A stretch of DNA of 62,584 nt, filler included, from Choristocarpus tenellus KU-1152 (Eukaryota; Protista; Phaeophyceae): assembly GCA_964200185.2 (NCBI GenBank). It is 8 parts of 8 records of this genome, joined end to end, with 100 filler letters (N's around TTAATTAATTAA, not from the genome) between each part and the next. Parts side by side here need not be neighbours in the genome. Positions count along the whole stretch, not along the records: positions 21,452 to 33,071 come from CAXNAD020002219.1; positions 33,172 to 36,157 come from CAXNAD020023134.1; positions 36,258 to 40,953 come from CAXNAD020013429.1; 5 more parts are not named here. One strand, given 5' to 3'. The notes under the pieces were generated by a model. That model worked only from the letters and a program-made list of their open reading frames with translations. It had not been told where the DNA came from and searched no databases. Positions 25,543 through 39,599 of this stretch are shown here, one piece after another. Each line of letters opens with the position of its first letter. Positions within the stretch are counted from its first letter, which is position 1. A program made the translations under genes and the position numbers.

Positions 25543-27605
25543 TGTCTCAGACACCAACACATTGCTTATTTCTTAATTGTGGTCTACCCACAGTATGAAC
25601 ATAATACAACAAAATCGATGCGGTCCAACTAGCACACTAAAGGGGTTAGGAACATGTACAATAAATCACATTCAGATCCTGGAGTCTTGGAAATACACTA
25701 CAATGTGCACAACTCATCTAACTTTGCATCATTTAACCACCACCAAAATAACTTGACCAACAGGTTAAACGTACCGCCTATATTCCAGCACTAGCAGCGT
25801 AAATCGAACCATGCACTTTCTCCATGTCCCAGGGACACATCTAGTGAACACCACAACATAAACTCAAAGTAGTGAGCTCAATCCCTCACATCCTCCCATA
25901 TTCACTGGATTAAAATGAAGCTGGAAAATTGGAAAAGAACATGATGGAACTTTTTTTTAAGATGGAAGTATGAGGTAAGAAAGAGGTGCAAAGTTATTCC
26001 CATGTCAATAAAAAGGAGTAGAGAAAGCCGTGACAACATCAGGCGTGTGCTGTGAACTATCACAGATTTTTGGTAGATGGGTTGGCTTCATGCGAAACCA
26101 TACATGCTGACATGTAAAAAATGTGCTAAATATCCCAGAAATGTTGCCGAGATTGATCAGAGTAAAAACATGATGCCCTTTATCACACTTTGTTATACAG
26201 TATACAGAATAGAAGAGTAAATGCGGGTCATTAGTACCATCTGTGATGGTGTTAAGGGCGTGTAGCTATGTCTTTACCTCTATACATTCAAAGTGCAAGT
26301 TATGGCATATGCAGTTGCATGTATGTGCAATACGTAGAAATTATCATTATTGTGAGCATCCCCTTGGTAACCTGATCATCCACCATGGACCATGAAGGAT
26401 TGCAAGGTTTCCCATTGTAACCATACATCATGATGTCTACAGGATGACATATATCAACACCCTTAACCTACCCAGAAGTTAAAAACATCACCTTTCTTCT
26501 TGTAATCACCTTCACAACGTGTTGAACATACTGTCTTGGTCCCATTGATACTAAAGATTGAAAACTCTCCATGAAGGCCTCGACAGCTTGGTTTTGAGGT
26601 TTTGCCAGGTTCTGATAGCTCCCTCATATTACTATTTCTCTGAGCACCTCCTCAAATGAAATACCTCAGAGTGGAATGGGATGAGATGTTGCGCTATGCA
26701 CAGAGAGAAACGGCTTACTCTTTCCAGCCTAGATTTGGCTAAACATTTCCAATGCAATTTAACACTAGACAAAGAAAATTTGAGTACCTGCCTTCTCTCC
26801 TGAAGACCATTTCCCATTTCCCATGTACTACTCCATAATCTTTGTGGGGCTACAAATACAACCACAGTAGTACTGCAGAGTCATCCAACAACCACTTATC
26901 TCTGCTCAACTTCCACAACCCATGTTAACTTGACGAATCACAACTCGTAAATGCAAATGGCACCAAGGAAAGAGAAACCTCACCCCACAATAGATGATAA
27001 AACATGAACTGAACCACTCGCTGCTATTTGATATGGTAAATTCATCCATTGTTCCAAGTGGTCCCAACTCTGAACCAAATGGTACTGGTTAACTGTCACT
27101 ATGTATGGTCTCTACACTCCCGTAAGAATTGCATACGGATGTGGAGAAAATACAAATATACCCTTTTCTTTGAATGCTTTACTCAAAGTGGGTGGAGTGC
27201 GCAGGCAGAGCGGGCCCCCCATGCCTTCCCCTTAACTGTTCGCTAGCAGCACACTATGCTGAACATTATCTTAGCATCCGGTTCATATCACGTGAATAAA
27301 GCACACACAATCCCCAACTTCAACATCCAGTACCACGAAACAGTGCGTTTGATCTTTGCACATAACATCGAAAAAAATAACCTCTTCAGCGCAGTTCAAT
27401 AATTTATTAATAACCACCTCTATTCACACAGCATGCATCGCTCACCCCATACAGGCATGCATGCTCTTTCCTCTACCCCCCAACCCCATGGTCCCACTAT
27501 TGTGGGGTATTCGGACACTTATGCACAGTGGTCAACCAGTTGAGGATCAACTCGAAGAATAGTGAGTGAAGCTGAAGTCGACTCGAAAAAAGCATCCCAG
27601 CCTGA

Positions 27606-28827
27606 TCAAGGTCCTGCCTCCCTCATGGCTCTGATTATTTCAGCCTCCCTTTTTTCCTCCTCTTTGATAACCTGTGTACAGTGATGTAGTGTTCCAGGGG
27701 GATATCAGCTAGAGAGTTTCTCCTGGAAAACAGCAACACTAAGGATCGTCAAGCAAAGGAGAAACCCCTGACCACAATAGACAGTACTAGCTGGTTTATC
27801 TTTTTGAGGTACCGAGATGAACCTCAACAATCATATTCAAAGGCGAAGGTGACGGAAATCGCTGGTTAGGGAGTGTTCCAAACGAAAGATGTGTCTGCAC
27901 CCTATCTAAGGGTAGCTCACATCCTTGTCTTTTTGTACACAGGTTCGTACATATTAATCCACAAGACAAAGAGGACGCAGCCACCATTCCAACACACATC
28001 AAGTTCCTCACCTCTTTCAGGCTCTTGTCAAGTCTTCTCTGGAGGGATTTTGATGGGTCTTCATCACGAATCTTTTTGGCTTTGGCACGTAATGCGTCTG
28101 CCTTCCTGCTCTTTCCCTCCTCGTCTAGCATGTCCGCCTTGCTTTCCATCCTAGAAGCTATTGCCCAAATCTCGACACGCTCCTTCAAGTTAAACCATCG
28201 GCAAAATACCATATCAAAACGTGAGGTATGGGGAAATGGGGGAAACGTACAAGGTCATTGCAAATGTCATCAACGCAGGTTTTTGGACTTGTTTGATCTT
28301 CACTCTCCACCAATGCCAGGCTGCTGTCGATCACCCAGGGCAACAATCGTATCACATATTGAGTTATATATTGTTGGGGCGGGATATTCTTCGTAGGAGA
28401 ACTAACACGGTATGTTCCACGAAGGCCTTACCCGCAGCAACCCGAAAAATCAGTTCACTGCCATATTGCAAGATTCTCCTCGCCGTGTGTCCTCAAAGAC
28501 AAGCCTAGTGAAGCTCAATATATATCCCTAGTTAAGTCCAAGAAAGCAACATCAAACCAAAATGAAGATGCGCTATTTGGGGAAAGTGATCATCTTTACC
28601 TCGTATTTCTTCCACTCTGGATCATTTTCCCGAGGGTTTGGCTCTGTGTTTTTGAATAGCATTAGTGCCTTTCCACGGGTGATGAGGTGATTTGACTGGG
28701 CCACATAGCCTAGCTGGATTTTCACCCTGTTCACGGAAGGCAAAAAACCCTTTGAAGGACCAACCGCTGACACTACAAAGCAGACGAGGGCCAGGAGAGT
28801 CTTGAGCTTCAACGGTGTCGTAAACAT
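27606..28827 (-). CDS. Putative plastid-targeted helical/coiled-coil protein of unknown function (exons 28827-28600, 28182-28012, 27671-27606; 154 aa)
   Basis: Three phase-0 exons end in TGA. The N-terminus has a signal peptide followed by SKG-FLPS, an ASAFAP-like cleavage site of stramenopile bipartite plastid presequences. The mature part is charged and helical (ERVEIWAIASRMESKADMLDEEGKSRKADALRAKAKKIRDEDP). Confidence 0.72.
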
Positions 28828-29234
28828 GTTCAGATCCGTGTCACTCCTTTTGCTCCTCTGATTTTTGAGTGTATATGGTGATCTATGAAATTGTGAGCAC
28901 ACAAGAGTAGTTTTATGAGCGAGCCAGCACAGGTGTTCTAGATCAAATCTGGGCACGGACCGCATGCATGGTACAAGATTACAGGTCAGAAAAAGATGAC
29001 GCATTCTCTGGACAGAGGATGGGCGGTCGGTAATATTATTTGACGGTTTCAAGAAATTCCTCACCATGACATCCTTTCTTCCTCAGAGCACCTTTCAGGC
29101 ACAGTTCCTCACCTTCTGGTTACTATCCACAATATTGCGTTAGTGCATACCACTTTCGGAATCTGATAGAACATAGCTAATTTTTGGAAGGAGTCAAGCC
29201 CGCAGAATCAGTGTTATCAAGAAGACGGTCGAAA

Positions 29235-32200
29235 ATGGAGAAAATGGAATATCAATCCGACGTGAGATTTGCTAGCCTCAAATCTTCTCCTGCGTATAGA
29301 TGTAACCCCAAAAGTGACTCAAGTGCGTTGAGTAGCAGGGTGTGGACTACCTCGACCTTGATTTAGTTAGCGCCTTCTCCTGTATTCCTTCCTAAGATGC
29401 TCATGGGTCGCATATCACCAATCAATGCACTGTTTCTTAGAACTTGGAAGACTCCGACGTCAGTAATGGCATCGTATCCTTGCTAGAAAACGAAGAGGAG
29501 AAGCTATCGACGACTGCCATGAGTACTGGCCATCATCTCCAATGGAGAACTTTCGGGGCTCTTGGGTATCTAACTAGGATTCACCACTTCATACATGAAA
29601 AAAATCGCGTTTTCAGTCTCCTCAACACCGAGCTTGCCGAGGCTGAGATGGAAATCGAGAATGACTCCAACTTACATGTAACCGTTGAGGTAGGTTGCGC
29701 CCAAGTATTGACAAAGATCTCGAGTCCACTCACTTGAACTCATGAGAATTGTCAGTCTACTGTGAGTGGCCAAGTTCTCGAGTTTGCCTATCTTACAGAA
29801 AGGCGGAACCACCCAAGATGTCCTTGGCAACCAGCGCACACCTTTTGCTGACTCCAAAATCCAGTTCGTAATAAACAGACCTACACTGTTGGCCTCGAAC
29901 ATCTCATAAATCATTAACCTGTCCATGCATTACGAGCTTTATCTCATCGTGCAATTGTGCCTCTTGGATAAAAACCGTTCCTGTTCCGAAAACAACTCCG
30001 CAACACAGGGAAACATGGAGATGTACACAGTTGAAAACCAGATGAAGCGGAGCGCAAACAAAAAAAACCCAGAGTTTCTAGAGGGGGTGAAAAGGCTGTG
30101 GAACGCACTAGATATGATGAAAAGACAAGAGGAAAAGAATAGACAATCAATAAGCAAGGCGTCATTCGTTGAGATGATGGTCAAGATTCAATATCTCATC
30201 ATCTGCCCACCGGTGTGTTATTGGGGACAACAAGAAGATGGAGATTGTCAACTCAAAGAGTGCTAGTCAAAGAAAAAGATAACCAGATAAAATCTTCTCA
30301 TTCCAGTCCTTCAAAACTCCGTAGCAATACCACTCTCTGCAAATGTACATGGGAGGAACTTATTAATGCTCCATCACGGTTCTGAATTCATTTTTTTAAT
30401 GGAGTTCCACCTTACATCAACTATTAGTTTGCGTCTCTGTCTGCTGAAATGAGGCTGTGGCCAAGTAAGTAATATCTTCCTCCCACGTGTCTGCAGGTGT
30501 GTCCTGATTTGGCTATGAAGAACGCCTTAAATGACTGGGTCCATGACAATGGCGAGACAGCAGAGACCATGACCTTCGAGAAATTTGTAGATTCTATGTT
30601 CGAGCTTGTAAGTTGAGCTGATGGCGAAAAGAGGTGTGTTAGCCAGCCGTGACATTAGAAACGACAACATCTGAGTAGTATGTACAACACAGAGATATAT
30701 GGAATCAGGACACATTGCTTACTAAATTCTGAATACGTACCTTAACCATTGTGCTCTGTTCCATGATTACATTTGAGGGTAACTTTGTGATTCCAACATA
30801 TCCACCCCCTGCCTCTACGACAAGTTCACCAGCAGCAGATGTTATTTGTTATGTATGTATATACTACAGAGATGGAGTCATAGATAAAGAATGAGATGTG
30901 AATTGCATCAGAAACACCCCCCAACGGTGTAGCTATGCCTACTTTCCATACTCTTTTGAGACTTTGCACAGCATTGAATAATTTACTCCCTAGAGAGAGA
31001 GTATAGATGGGGCCTTGTTGCTTAGGTCTATTCCATCACCCAACTGATGCTGACTTTGCTCTAGGTTGACATCTGGACGGAGACCTCAGACAAGGAAGAA
31101 TATAATGAGACCATTGAGTTGCTGTGTGATGGACTCATTGCTGCAGAAAAGCAGGATGGACTATTCAAATCATTCCGGTGGGTACCCAAAAGACAAGCTT
31201 CTGGTGAAGGAATCGTGTGATTGTGGAGTAGGTTCCAGTATTTTGATCTCAGGCATCATTCTATGTACTACTAACAGCGTTGTGCATCAAAAATAAAAAA
31301 TGCAACTTGTAGGACTGGTATATTGGTTGTGGGCCTTAAAATGATCACATGATTCCCTCGAGATAATAGGGTAAAATAATATATCTAGAAAAACTGTCAA
31401 TATTGTGGCGGGTCAAGGGCTTACCTTCACACTTTGTTTTTCTAGCACACTGGTGCTGTAGCCTAAACTACCTGGTCAACTGCACTTGCAGTTGAAGATG
31501 ACCAGAATGACTATGGTGATTCTGAAGTGAGGAAGATACAAGCACATATGGGGAAGAGAATGCGATCACCTTTAAGCCTTGCTAGGTGGTGCACATTAGT
31601 CCCCTTCATGTCTCAAACGTGACCCTTACCAACTCCAATGTGTTTTCGAGGAAGATTCAAGACTACTGAGGAGATTGTATACGATCCAAGGTTCGGGAAG
31701 GGTACCGTCTACATGAGCAGCCTGCAGGTGACCATTTGGACAGTATCATGATCATACAGAGGCTTCCAGTTTGTGTAAGAGCTCTCAAGGGGTGCCCACA
31801 CATTTTTTTTTAAACATTTGTTCATTGAAAACACTGCTGTGGCCTGGAGGTCCAGTTTACATCTTCTTTTTTGGTGCTATTGCCCGTATTTGGAATTATT
31901 TTCTCAGATACAATCCAGCAATCTGGATAGTTTTGAGGAATGTTACATGTCATCCTGAATCTTCTGTTACTGTTCCCTATATACTGCTGTTAGCTATGAG
32001 GCGGTATGCATTGAATGCTACGCACAATATTCCAAGTTGAATACTCCTTTAGACACAGCAAAGCTCATCTATGCAGGCAAGAATAAAAAAGCATTACCTG
32101 TACACTAGCAAAGGAAGGTGTCGTCAGTCGGGCTCCATTCATCACGAGTATCATGTGCAATTAGTGCTCTCTCACCCAGCAACTCGCCCACTTCCATCAA

Positions 32201-32779
32201 CCTGTGTTGACACTCTTGTCCTGCCAACAGTCTACCTCCAATATCCGATATACTCCCATTTGCCTGTCACAACCAACCAAGCACATATGAATGTACAACA
32301 TTCACCCTCTACCCAATCCAACCCTTAGACTCTGCTATCTCCAACCATCCTGCTCCCTCCCATTCCTTCTGTCCTCACTCCGTATGTTTATGATTGTATG
32401 TGTCAAAACAGACCAATAATGCCAAGCAAGGTGACAGAAGTGGCAGGGACGATCAAGGACTGGGCTGTTCAGCATCGGATGAGGAAGTTGTCCTGGACAA
32501 GGGAGGCAGGGGCAGCAGAGCTGGAAATGATCACGATAGTGGCACTACTGTCAAGACCAAGAGTGGCAAGAGCAAGAGTTACGATTGTCCTGAAGGGAGC
32601 AGGACAGGGGAGAGGGTAGGGGACGGGGTCAAGGGAGGGGGCACGGACCATGTTACATGGGGAATGAGCGACATTGATGGAGAACTGCTTGTTGGTTCAG
32701 AAGGGGGGGAGCGTAGCATGCATCAGAAGAACAAGAAAGGTTGGGGGAACGGGCAGAAGAGTGCCAGTGATCCATTGAG
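29235..32779 (+). CDS. Uncharacterised protein with a degenerate EF-hand-like helical domain; 3' end truncated at the spacer
   Basis: Phase-consistent exons 29235-29261, 29441-29689, 29799-29867, 30009-30212, 30497-30607, 31065-31177, 31655-31727 and 32412-32779 give GNMEMYT..KR..NPEF...RLW...ISKASFVEM...NDWVHD...MTFEKFVDSMFELVDIWTETSDKEEY. I recognise this pattern from hypothetical protist proteins. The first and third exons are the least certain. Confidence 0.68.
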
Positions 32780-32998
32780 GTACAATATTCAGTGTATTTG
32801 AAAGACTTACCACTTCCTCACACAGCATCAGAGCAGAAGAACCTCTGTGTCCATAGAATGGATTATGAAACTTGGAGGGGCTCACCGGCGCCAACATAGT
32901 ACACACAAGTTTTACCAGCTCCCTCTACCCTCCACTCTAGCCTCATGATCCACTGACCTGTCTGCATCGTGAGGAATCTTGTTAACTCGACTGAAATT

Positions 32999-33035
<37 letters not shown>

Positions 33036-33489
33036 ATTTTCAAAAACCCACCCCCCTCCCCTTGCACAAAANNNNNNNNNNNNNNNNNNNNNNNNNNNNN
33101 NNNNNNNNNNNNNNNTTAATTAATTAANNNNNNNNNNNNNNNNNNNNNNNNNNNNNNNNNNNNNNNNNNNNTTGGTTGCATGCGTCGGATGGATAATGTA
33201 AGCGCACTTTTCCTGGTCAGGGCCCGAATGGACACCCTAGCGTAGAAACTCCCCCCCCCCCCAGATACTTTAAGCCTGTATCACAGTAGCATGATACATT
33301 GCGTTGGTTCTCGTATGTTACATTGGATAGGCTGTCTTTAGACCATCACGTCAAGGTATGTAATCAACGTCTTTATTGATTTGGTCCCTCTGGTAGTGTC
33401 GTGTGACGTGAACCTCAGATTCGATTGGACTGAATGACCTGCCCATCACCAACAAGGTCCACGGATCTTGGACAGAATACAGCAAAGGA

Positions 33490-36400
33490 TCACGTGACGG
33501 TATCGTACCTGATCCGGGACCATAAAGAGTACACGCACACATAACACTATTGATACTGTACATACGTGACACAACAAACAAAAAATAGTCTGTAATATCA
33601 ATAGCACTATTTACGTACCATGACAGGAGTTGTAAGTTGTAAGGGCCTACATACAGCATACAAAAACATATTAAATAAAAAAATTACTATTATTAAAATT
33701 CATTCATTCAATACTAAAAATTATACCTTGTCCTGAGAGCTTTGCCCCAATCAGTGATTTAAAATGTGACCTTATTCTGGATAATCCACTGACTAATCCA
33801 GAAATTTTTAATTTCCACAAAGAAAAATCAGATGACCACAGCACAAAATGAACTAAACCATATATATATATAAATACCTCCAATGGTATATAAGCAACTC
33901 AACATGTACCGTGAACGAGAGCCTTTTTGTACAGTCACAATAAACTGCCAACTAGACCTTAACGCACCTCTAAACCCTGGGCCAACATCAGCATTGCATC
34001 CTACCATTGATCCACCTACTGCTGAAAATAAAAAAAAGCTCCTCTGCTTAGACTCGTTCTAGTATGTATGTATGTATGTATACATCACTTTCAAACATCC
34101 TATCTACTAATCAAACCCTGGCATGTTACAACAAACAAATACAACTAAGACTTGATCATCACCTCGTGTTGGCCTCCCGATACACTCTGGAATCTGCAAT
34201 GGAGTCCATGACCTGACCAACCTCCTTTGTCATCACCCTTCCCAAGAGAGAGAGAGAGAGAGAGAGATACACAGCATAAAAAAGCATCAAAACAAAAAAA
34301 TTGGGGTAGATGAGCGAAGGTGGGGTGGGGGAGGGAACGCAATGGAGGAGAGAGAGTGGGTCACTTACTTCTATCCATACATACACAACCGTGATCTCAC
34401 TATAACCCTAAGATACACAACATATTTAATTTAAAAAAAATATACAACCAAAAAGAAAAAAACGTTTTTGAAGGCTTATTATTATTATTATTATCAGCAA
34501 CGGTACTAAATTCTTCTCATCATTACGTAAATTTTCTGAAAAAAAAGCGAAAAAGAGAACGATAATACCAAAAGAAGAAAAAGAAAAAATCGTCATTAAT
34601 TACTCAATTCTGTGACTTCTTTTTTTCTCTTAAAACCTAAAACAAAAAAATTATACACCACATGTTTCTCCAACGAACGAACGGGTAGAGAGACTTTGGA
34701 ACATAGCCAACAAGAATTTTCCCTTCTTCAATGAGAACATTTTTGAGCGAGATCTTATTGTTGGTTTCGATCCGTTTTCAAATGTGCAAGATATGACCAC
34801 GACAGCGATTACGTACAAACCATTCGTTTTTTAACTTCATTCTCATATTTATTATTATTATTATTATTATTATTCACAGTAGTCTGAGAGGTTCCAGACC
34901 TGTAATCTAAGAGGTAGCCAAAAGACAGTAATACCAACTGGCGTGAGACATAAGGAGAAAAATAAATAAATATATATATATAGTGCAGATGGGAATGAAA
35001 GAAATTTATGCCTCCAATTTTAAAAAGAAAGTGCTGTTTGATTTAAAAAAAATAGGACACTTTTTTTTTTTAATTTTGTGTCATAAAGAACGTGTCTATA
35101 GCCCTAACCCCACCCAGTAACGCCGTGAGTACAGCAGTATCAATAATATTGCAAAAGAAAAAAAGAAAGACGGTGTGAACGAACGAACTAGGGGGGGGGG
35201 GGCAGAAACAATTTTTTTATCGAGTTTACAAAAAAATGGAAGAATTAATCACAAAATGGATTCAAGAACACTTCATACGATGGGTGTGCAGCTGGATAGC
35301 TCTAGCATCGAAGCTATATACACTACATGTCACATGCCAGGATCTACAAAAATAATATTGTAGACCTCTTGTCACTACAGAGCACCCACAAACCGGTACC
35401 ACCAATATTACGGTATAGTAAGAAGTAAAAAATATATTTTTTAATAATAAAAATACAAAACAATAATAAATAGAAAAAAATAACAGGGTTGGGTTGAGAG
35501 GAGGGTAGAGACCGCAGGCATGAAGGGAAATCGGGAATAGGTACAGAGTAAGGTCTATTCGAGGCATCCAATCGGGTCTATTCGATACACAACCCTTGTC
35601 AGCCCTAGCTCTAAAACTCACCCCCCAATTCTGCTACTGTAAAAATGTGTTTTGCCTTTCACGTTCCCTCTTTGCCCCCATCAAAATACTATAATAATAA
35701 TAAAAACATATTTCTCTTAAATACATAAAAATTCATGTTTCTTCATGCAATACCAAACACTATAATGATAATAATATATTTCTCTTAAATACATAAAAAT
35801 ATATATATTTCTTCATGCAATACCATCTACAAGAAGGGGATTACCGTCCAGCTTTTAAAAAGGGGCCCTACGGGAGCACCTTTCAGAGTTGGTGGTTCGA
35901 GAACTTCCCTTGCAGAGGAGGCCACTCTCACCCAACAATGCGTTACATATCATTGCTAATCTCCTCTTCAATAGCCACACCCTCTTAGGGGGGGGGAGGG
36001 GAAGGGGGCGTTTCAATTGCGATTCAGGAATGGGCATGGTGTATACATGAAGAGAAGGTTCAGAAAGATCTCTTAAGATTCACAAGGGTCAAAATTGCCC
36101 CCCCCCCCCCTCTTTTTTTGTTTCATTTAATTCTAACCCCAACACCAAACCTTTTTTNNNNNNNNNNNNNNNNNNNNNNNNNNNNNNNNNNNNNNNNNNN
36201 NTTAATTAATTAANNNNNNNNNNNNNNNNNNNNNNNNNNNNNNNNNNNNNNNNNNNNCCGCCCCTCCTTCAATTTCTCATTTCCCCCCCGCACCTTGTTC
36301 CACAAGATGATGATGACGAGAGAGATTAGGACACCAAATACAATTGCCACGTCCAATTCCCTCTTCACCATGGTCCCCGCATCAAACAAGAGCATGCTGA

Positions 36401-36529
36401 TTGCAAGGAGCGATCCCAAACATGCTGAAGTGGCTATCTGAGAGACCAGCAGGGCAAGAGTCCCACCAACAATAGCACCAATCACCGATACCCATGCCCC
36501 TGCCACAAACACCAGAAGGTCGTTGCCGC
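33490..36529 (-). CDS. Multi-pass membrane protein, DUF4203/TMEM198-like, partial; appears to span the spacer at 36158-36257
   Basis: Hydrophobic exon 36529-36294 (VIGAIVGGTLALLV...SACLGSLLA...FGVLISLVIIILWNK|gt) continues in phase into 35983-35932 (RVWLLKRRLAMICNALL), 35636-35622 and 35374-35279 (VTRGLQYYF). Further candidate exons near 34940, 34750, 34235 and 33508 are ambiguous. Confidence 0.45.
35690..35826. repeat. Two-copy AT-rich tandem duplication (about 70 bp unit) in an intron
   Basis: ATATTTCTCTTAAATACATAAAAAT...TTTCTTCATGCAATACCA occurs twice. Confidence 0.85.
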
Positions 36530-36549
36530 CTGCATATCACACCACCAGG

Positions 36550-36610
36550 GGGTTGGGGTTAGGGTTAGGGATAGGGATAGGGAAGGATGGGTTAGGGTTA
36601 GGGTTAAGGG
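36550..36610. repeat. Degenerate interstitial telomere-type (TTAGGG)n tract, the longest in the window
   Basis: GGGTTGGGGTTAGGGTTAGGGATAGGGATAGGG...GGGTTAGGGTTAGGGTTAAGGG. Confidence 0.85.
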
Positions 36611-39599
36611 GTAGGTTGCAGGCAGTTATAAAGCGCAGCATGAAAGAGCACACCAACACCTACTTTCAAAAGCATAGAACTCCTTACAAATTAACCAAAC
36701 TTTTTAGGCTTAGGGTTAGGGTAAAGCTAGCGTTCAAGGGTTAAACCTAGCCCTAGAACTTAACATGCAAACCTTCGTATATTGAGGTTAAGAGGCTTCA
36801 AAAAAGTAAAAGGTTAACTATGCATGCAGCTGCCTCATACCACTGAGGGTAGAGGTAATCTATCCAAAATAGCAGCTTATGAGCAGCCTTGAACTGTTCC
36901 AAGGGGGGTGGGGAAGCGATGCCACCACTAGCAAAAAAACTTATCCATTTCAAAAATTCAATGACTCAAAAGCACTCGTTTATACCACAGCAAACATAGG
37001 GCATTTGCTGTCATAGATTTACCAGAACCCAAGAGGATGGACCAATGAAGCATTGGCGACAGTCTAGAGTTTAAAAATCGTTTACCACGCTACTGTGGAC
37101 AGAGAGGATCATGGAGAAGTAGCATTCTCACCAAAGAGATTTGTGAGCTGGTTGAAGCAGAAAAGGCCAAAGACTAATCCACCGATGGCAACAATCACTG
37201 CCTTGCCGACCCTGGCAGTGAAAGAAGAGAGGGCACAGGTTGTGGCGTAAGTCTGAAGGTTAACAAAGAATAAGGTGCACAGGAGAGAGAAGTGGAGGGC
37301 GACGAATAGTTCAGACTGATGAACATTCTATAGAAGGCATCAGGCCCACAGCCCGAAGAAGACCATAAAAGGCTAGAAGACTCAAAAATACCCCTAACCC
37401 TAAACCCGAGGCCAAGGAAAGTCAACCTGTACAACCACTGCTGCTAAGAGAAGCTATGTCCACAAAATCATCCTTGAGGATTAATTGAAGGCTGTAGATA
37501 GCAGAATATGGAACCCAGAGCCGATGAGAACCAACATCAGTATAAACAGTATAAACTTGCTATGTGCATCATAGTATCCGGATCGGTAGAGTCGCCTTCT
37601 GCGACACGTGCTGCGTCAAGCGGATAGAATCGAGGATTGAGGACGGTCTATCCTTGGCAAGAGATCAATTCAAACCTCTTATCTCGTTCTAAAGAGATAT
37701 GGGAGCCACTCTTATGTGGAAAGACTCACGGGATACCCATTGCGCCAAGTGTACAAAAGTAATCGGATCAGCGCATGCCTAAGGCTATGGTGGTGGCATC
37801 GCACATTCCAGGAAAATCTTGAAGGCCATGTGGACCAAAGTACAGAGTTAGGGTTGTTTTGCTCACTACAATCATTTCATGCACCAGGTAATACGATTGG
37901 GTCGTGGATTTCATGTGCACTATATATTCAGCCTGGGAAACGAAATATGTGCCTCAGCTACGACATCAAGTAGGTCTACATTCGAAGCTGGGAACACGGA
38001 AAACTAATAGCACGATCACCCTAGGTACATGCAGCAATGATCATGTAAGCGTTATAAGATTGAGACCCAAGGTAACAAAGAAGTTGAGACGATGAGTACA
38101 CGCAACAACAAACGCAGAGATCCGTCAGATCGGAAAAAATATGACACTCGAAGCACCAACGTGCGTGAGGAGTTATGTCTCACTTGAAGGCGAAGAAGCA
38201 CAAGACCAGGCCCCCGAACAGAAGGACCATGGTAGCCACATCAGTTTCATCTGGAGTGAGAACTGGAAGCGTGAACCCCACCAAGGATACTGGAGTTTCT
38301 CCTGCTGCCATTAGATAGCAGACGTGACCTAGGGTCGGTCAAACCTTGTCGGCTGTCACGCCACACGTTTTGCTTGGTCTGATGAGATCGTGTTTCCTCT
38401 CGATCAGGATTCACGCCGGTCCTGGGACACACTCCTAGATGACTAACTCGTCCTTTCTAACCCTCGCGTGTGTGTAAGTTCCTCCTATGATATGAGTGAA
38501 AAATGCAGGCACCAGATGAACGCCAGATATCAGGTTTGTTGACTTGAGACGTTCAGTAGGAAAGAACGCGCGCAAACGCGCCGTCAATGGGCCACAACGA
38601 ATCAGAAAACACCTCCTTTCCCCCTGGACTTGAGCGCATTGGTGTGAGGTTGGGTCTAGATGTGGGGGAGGGCTTGGTCTTAAACCAAGGACGCAAGTCA
38701 CTGCTTTGATTGATCGTGTGAGGTGTTTAAAGTAGTTGATCAACCATAGTAGATACTATAAATCTATCGTAGCTGTAATTCTGTCTTGAACTATCTTTAG
38801 ATTCGTTATTATTGGATCGAAGAAGGAGAGTCATCGTCGACAGATTATTTCTTGAGGAATCGGGAACAAGAAATATATTATTATGCTACTATATTATTAT
38901 ACTATTATATTATAGAAGATAATACACAGAGTCAGTTCCAGGTTTTCGGATGGTAATCAGATAATCAAGGGTCAGTGATGCAATGATGGCTCACTCACTC
39001 TTAGACCTTTTGGAGAAGACATAGAAAAAATAATCTTTACCCACCTCTGACACACGTCCCTTTAAAGAATGAAAAACGAAGTTGGAGATAGGATGTCCCC
39101 CCATGGCCACCTATCAGTTTCTCTCTCGTTGTAAAGTCGTATTCTAGAACTCAAATTCAGCGAATGGGGTGTTTCTTCCGCGATGCCAACATAATTAACG
39201 AGTCAAATCAACACGATCAATCATGTGATGCCAGAAAATAATATGCACCCACTGATGCCCATCTTCCAAACCTGTGAACTGAGCGACAACTATTTAATGT
39301 TTATACCTTCATTCAGTCAACCATCATAAAACACAGAAAAGCACCCTTACTACAAGTGACCGGTGCAGGTCCGAGCACTAGACATAGGGGAGCCAAAGAC
39401 TAGGGGAAATAACGTGACTGGAACCTTGATCACAAGAAGTATGTCTATTGGTGAGCAAGTAAAGAACATTTCGTTCATCGAAAACAACTTCTTCCCAATC
39501 AATACAAATTAACTGGAACCGCAAACAGAATTAGTACCACCACAAACTTCCAAGGAATGAGGGACCATTGTACTGTACATCTCTTCCGGATACCAGTTA

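Noticed and set aside
28430-28505. Extra exon in the plastid-targeted gene (good GTAAGG donor)
   Set aside because: No acceptor gives a stop-free frame in phase 0, and exon 1 joins exon 2 cleanly without it.
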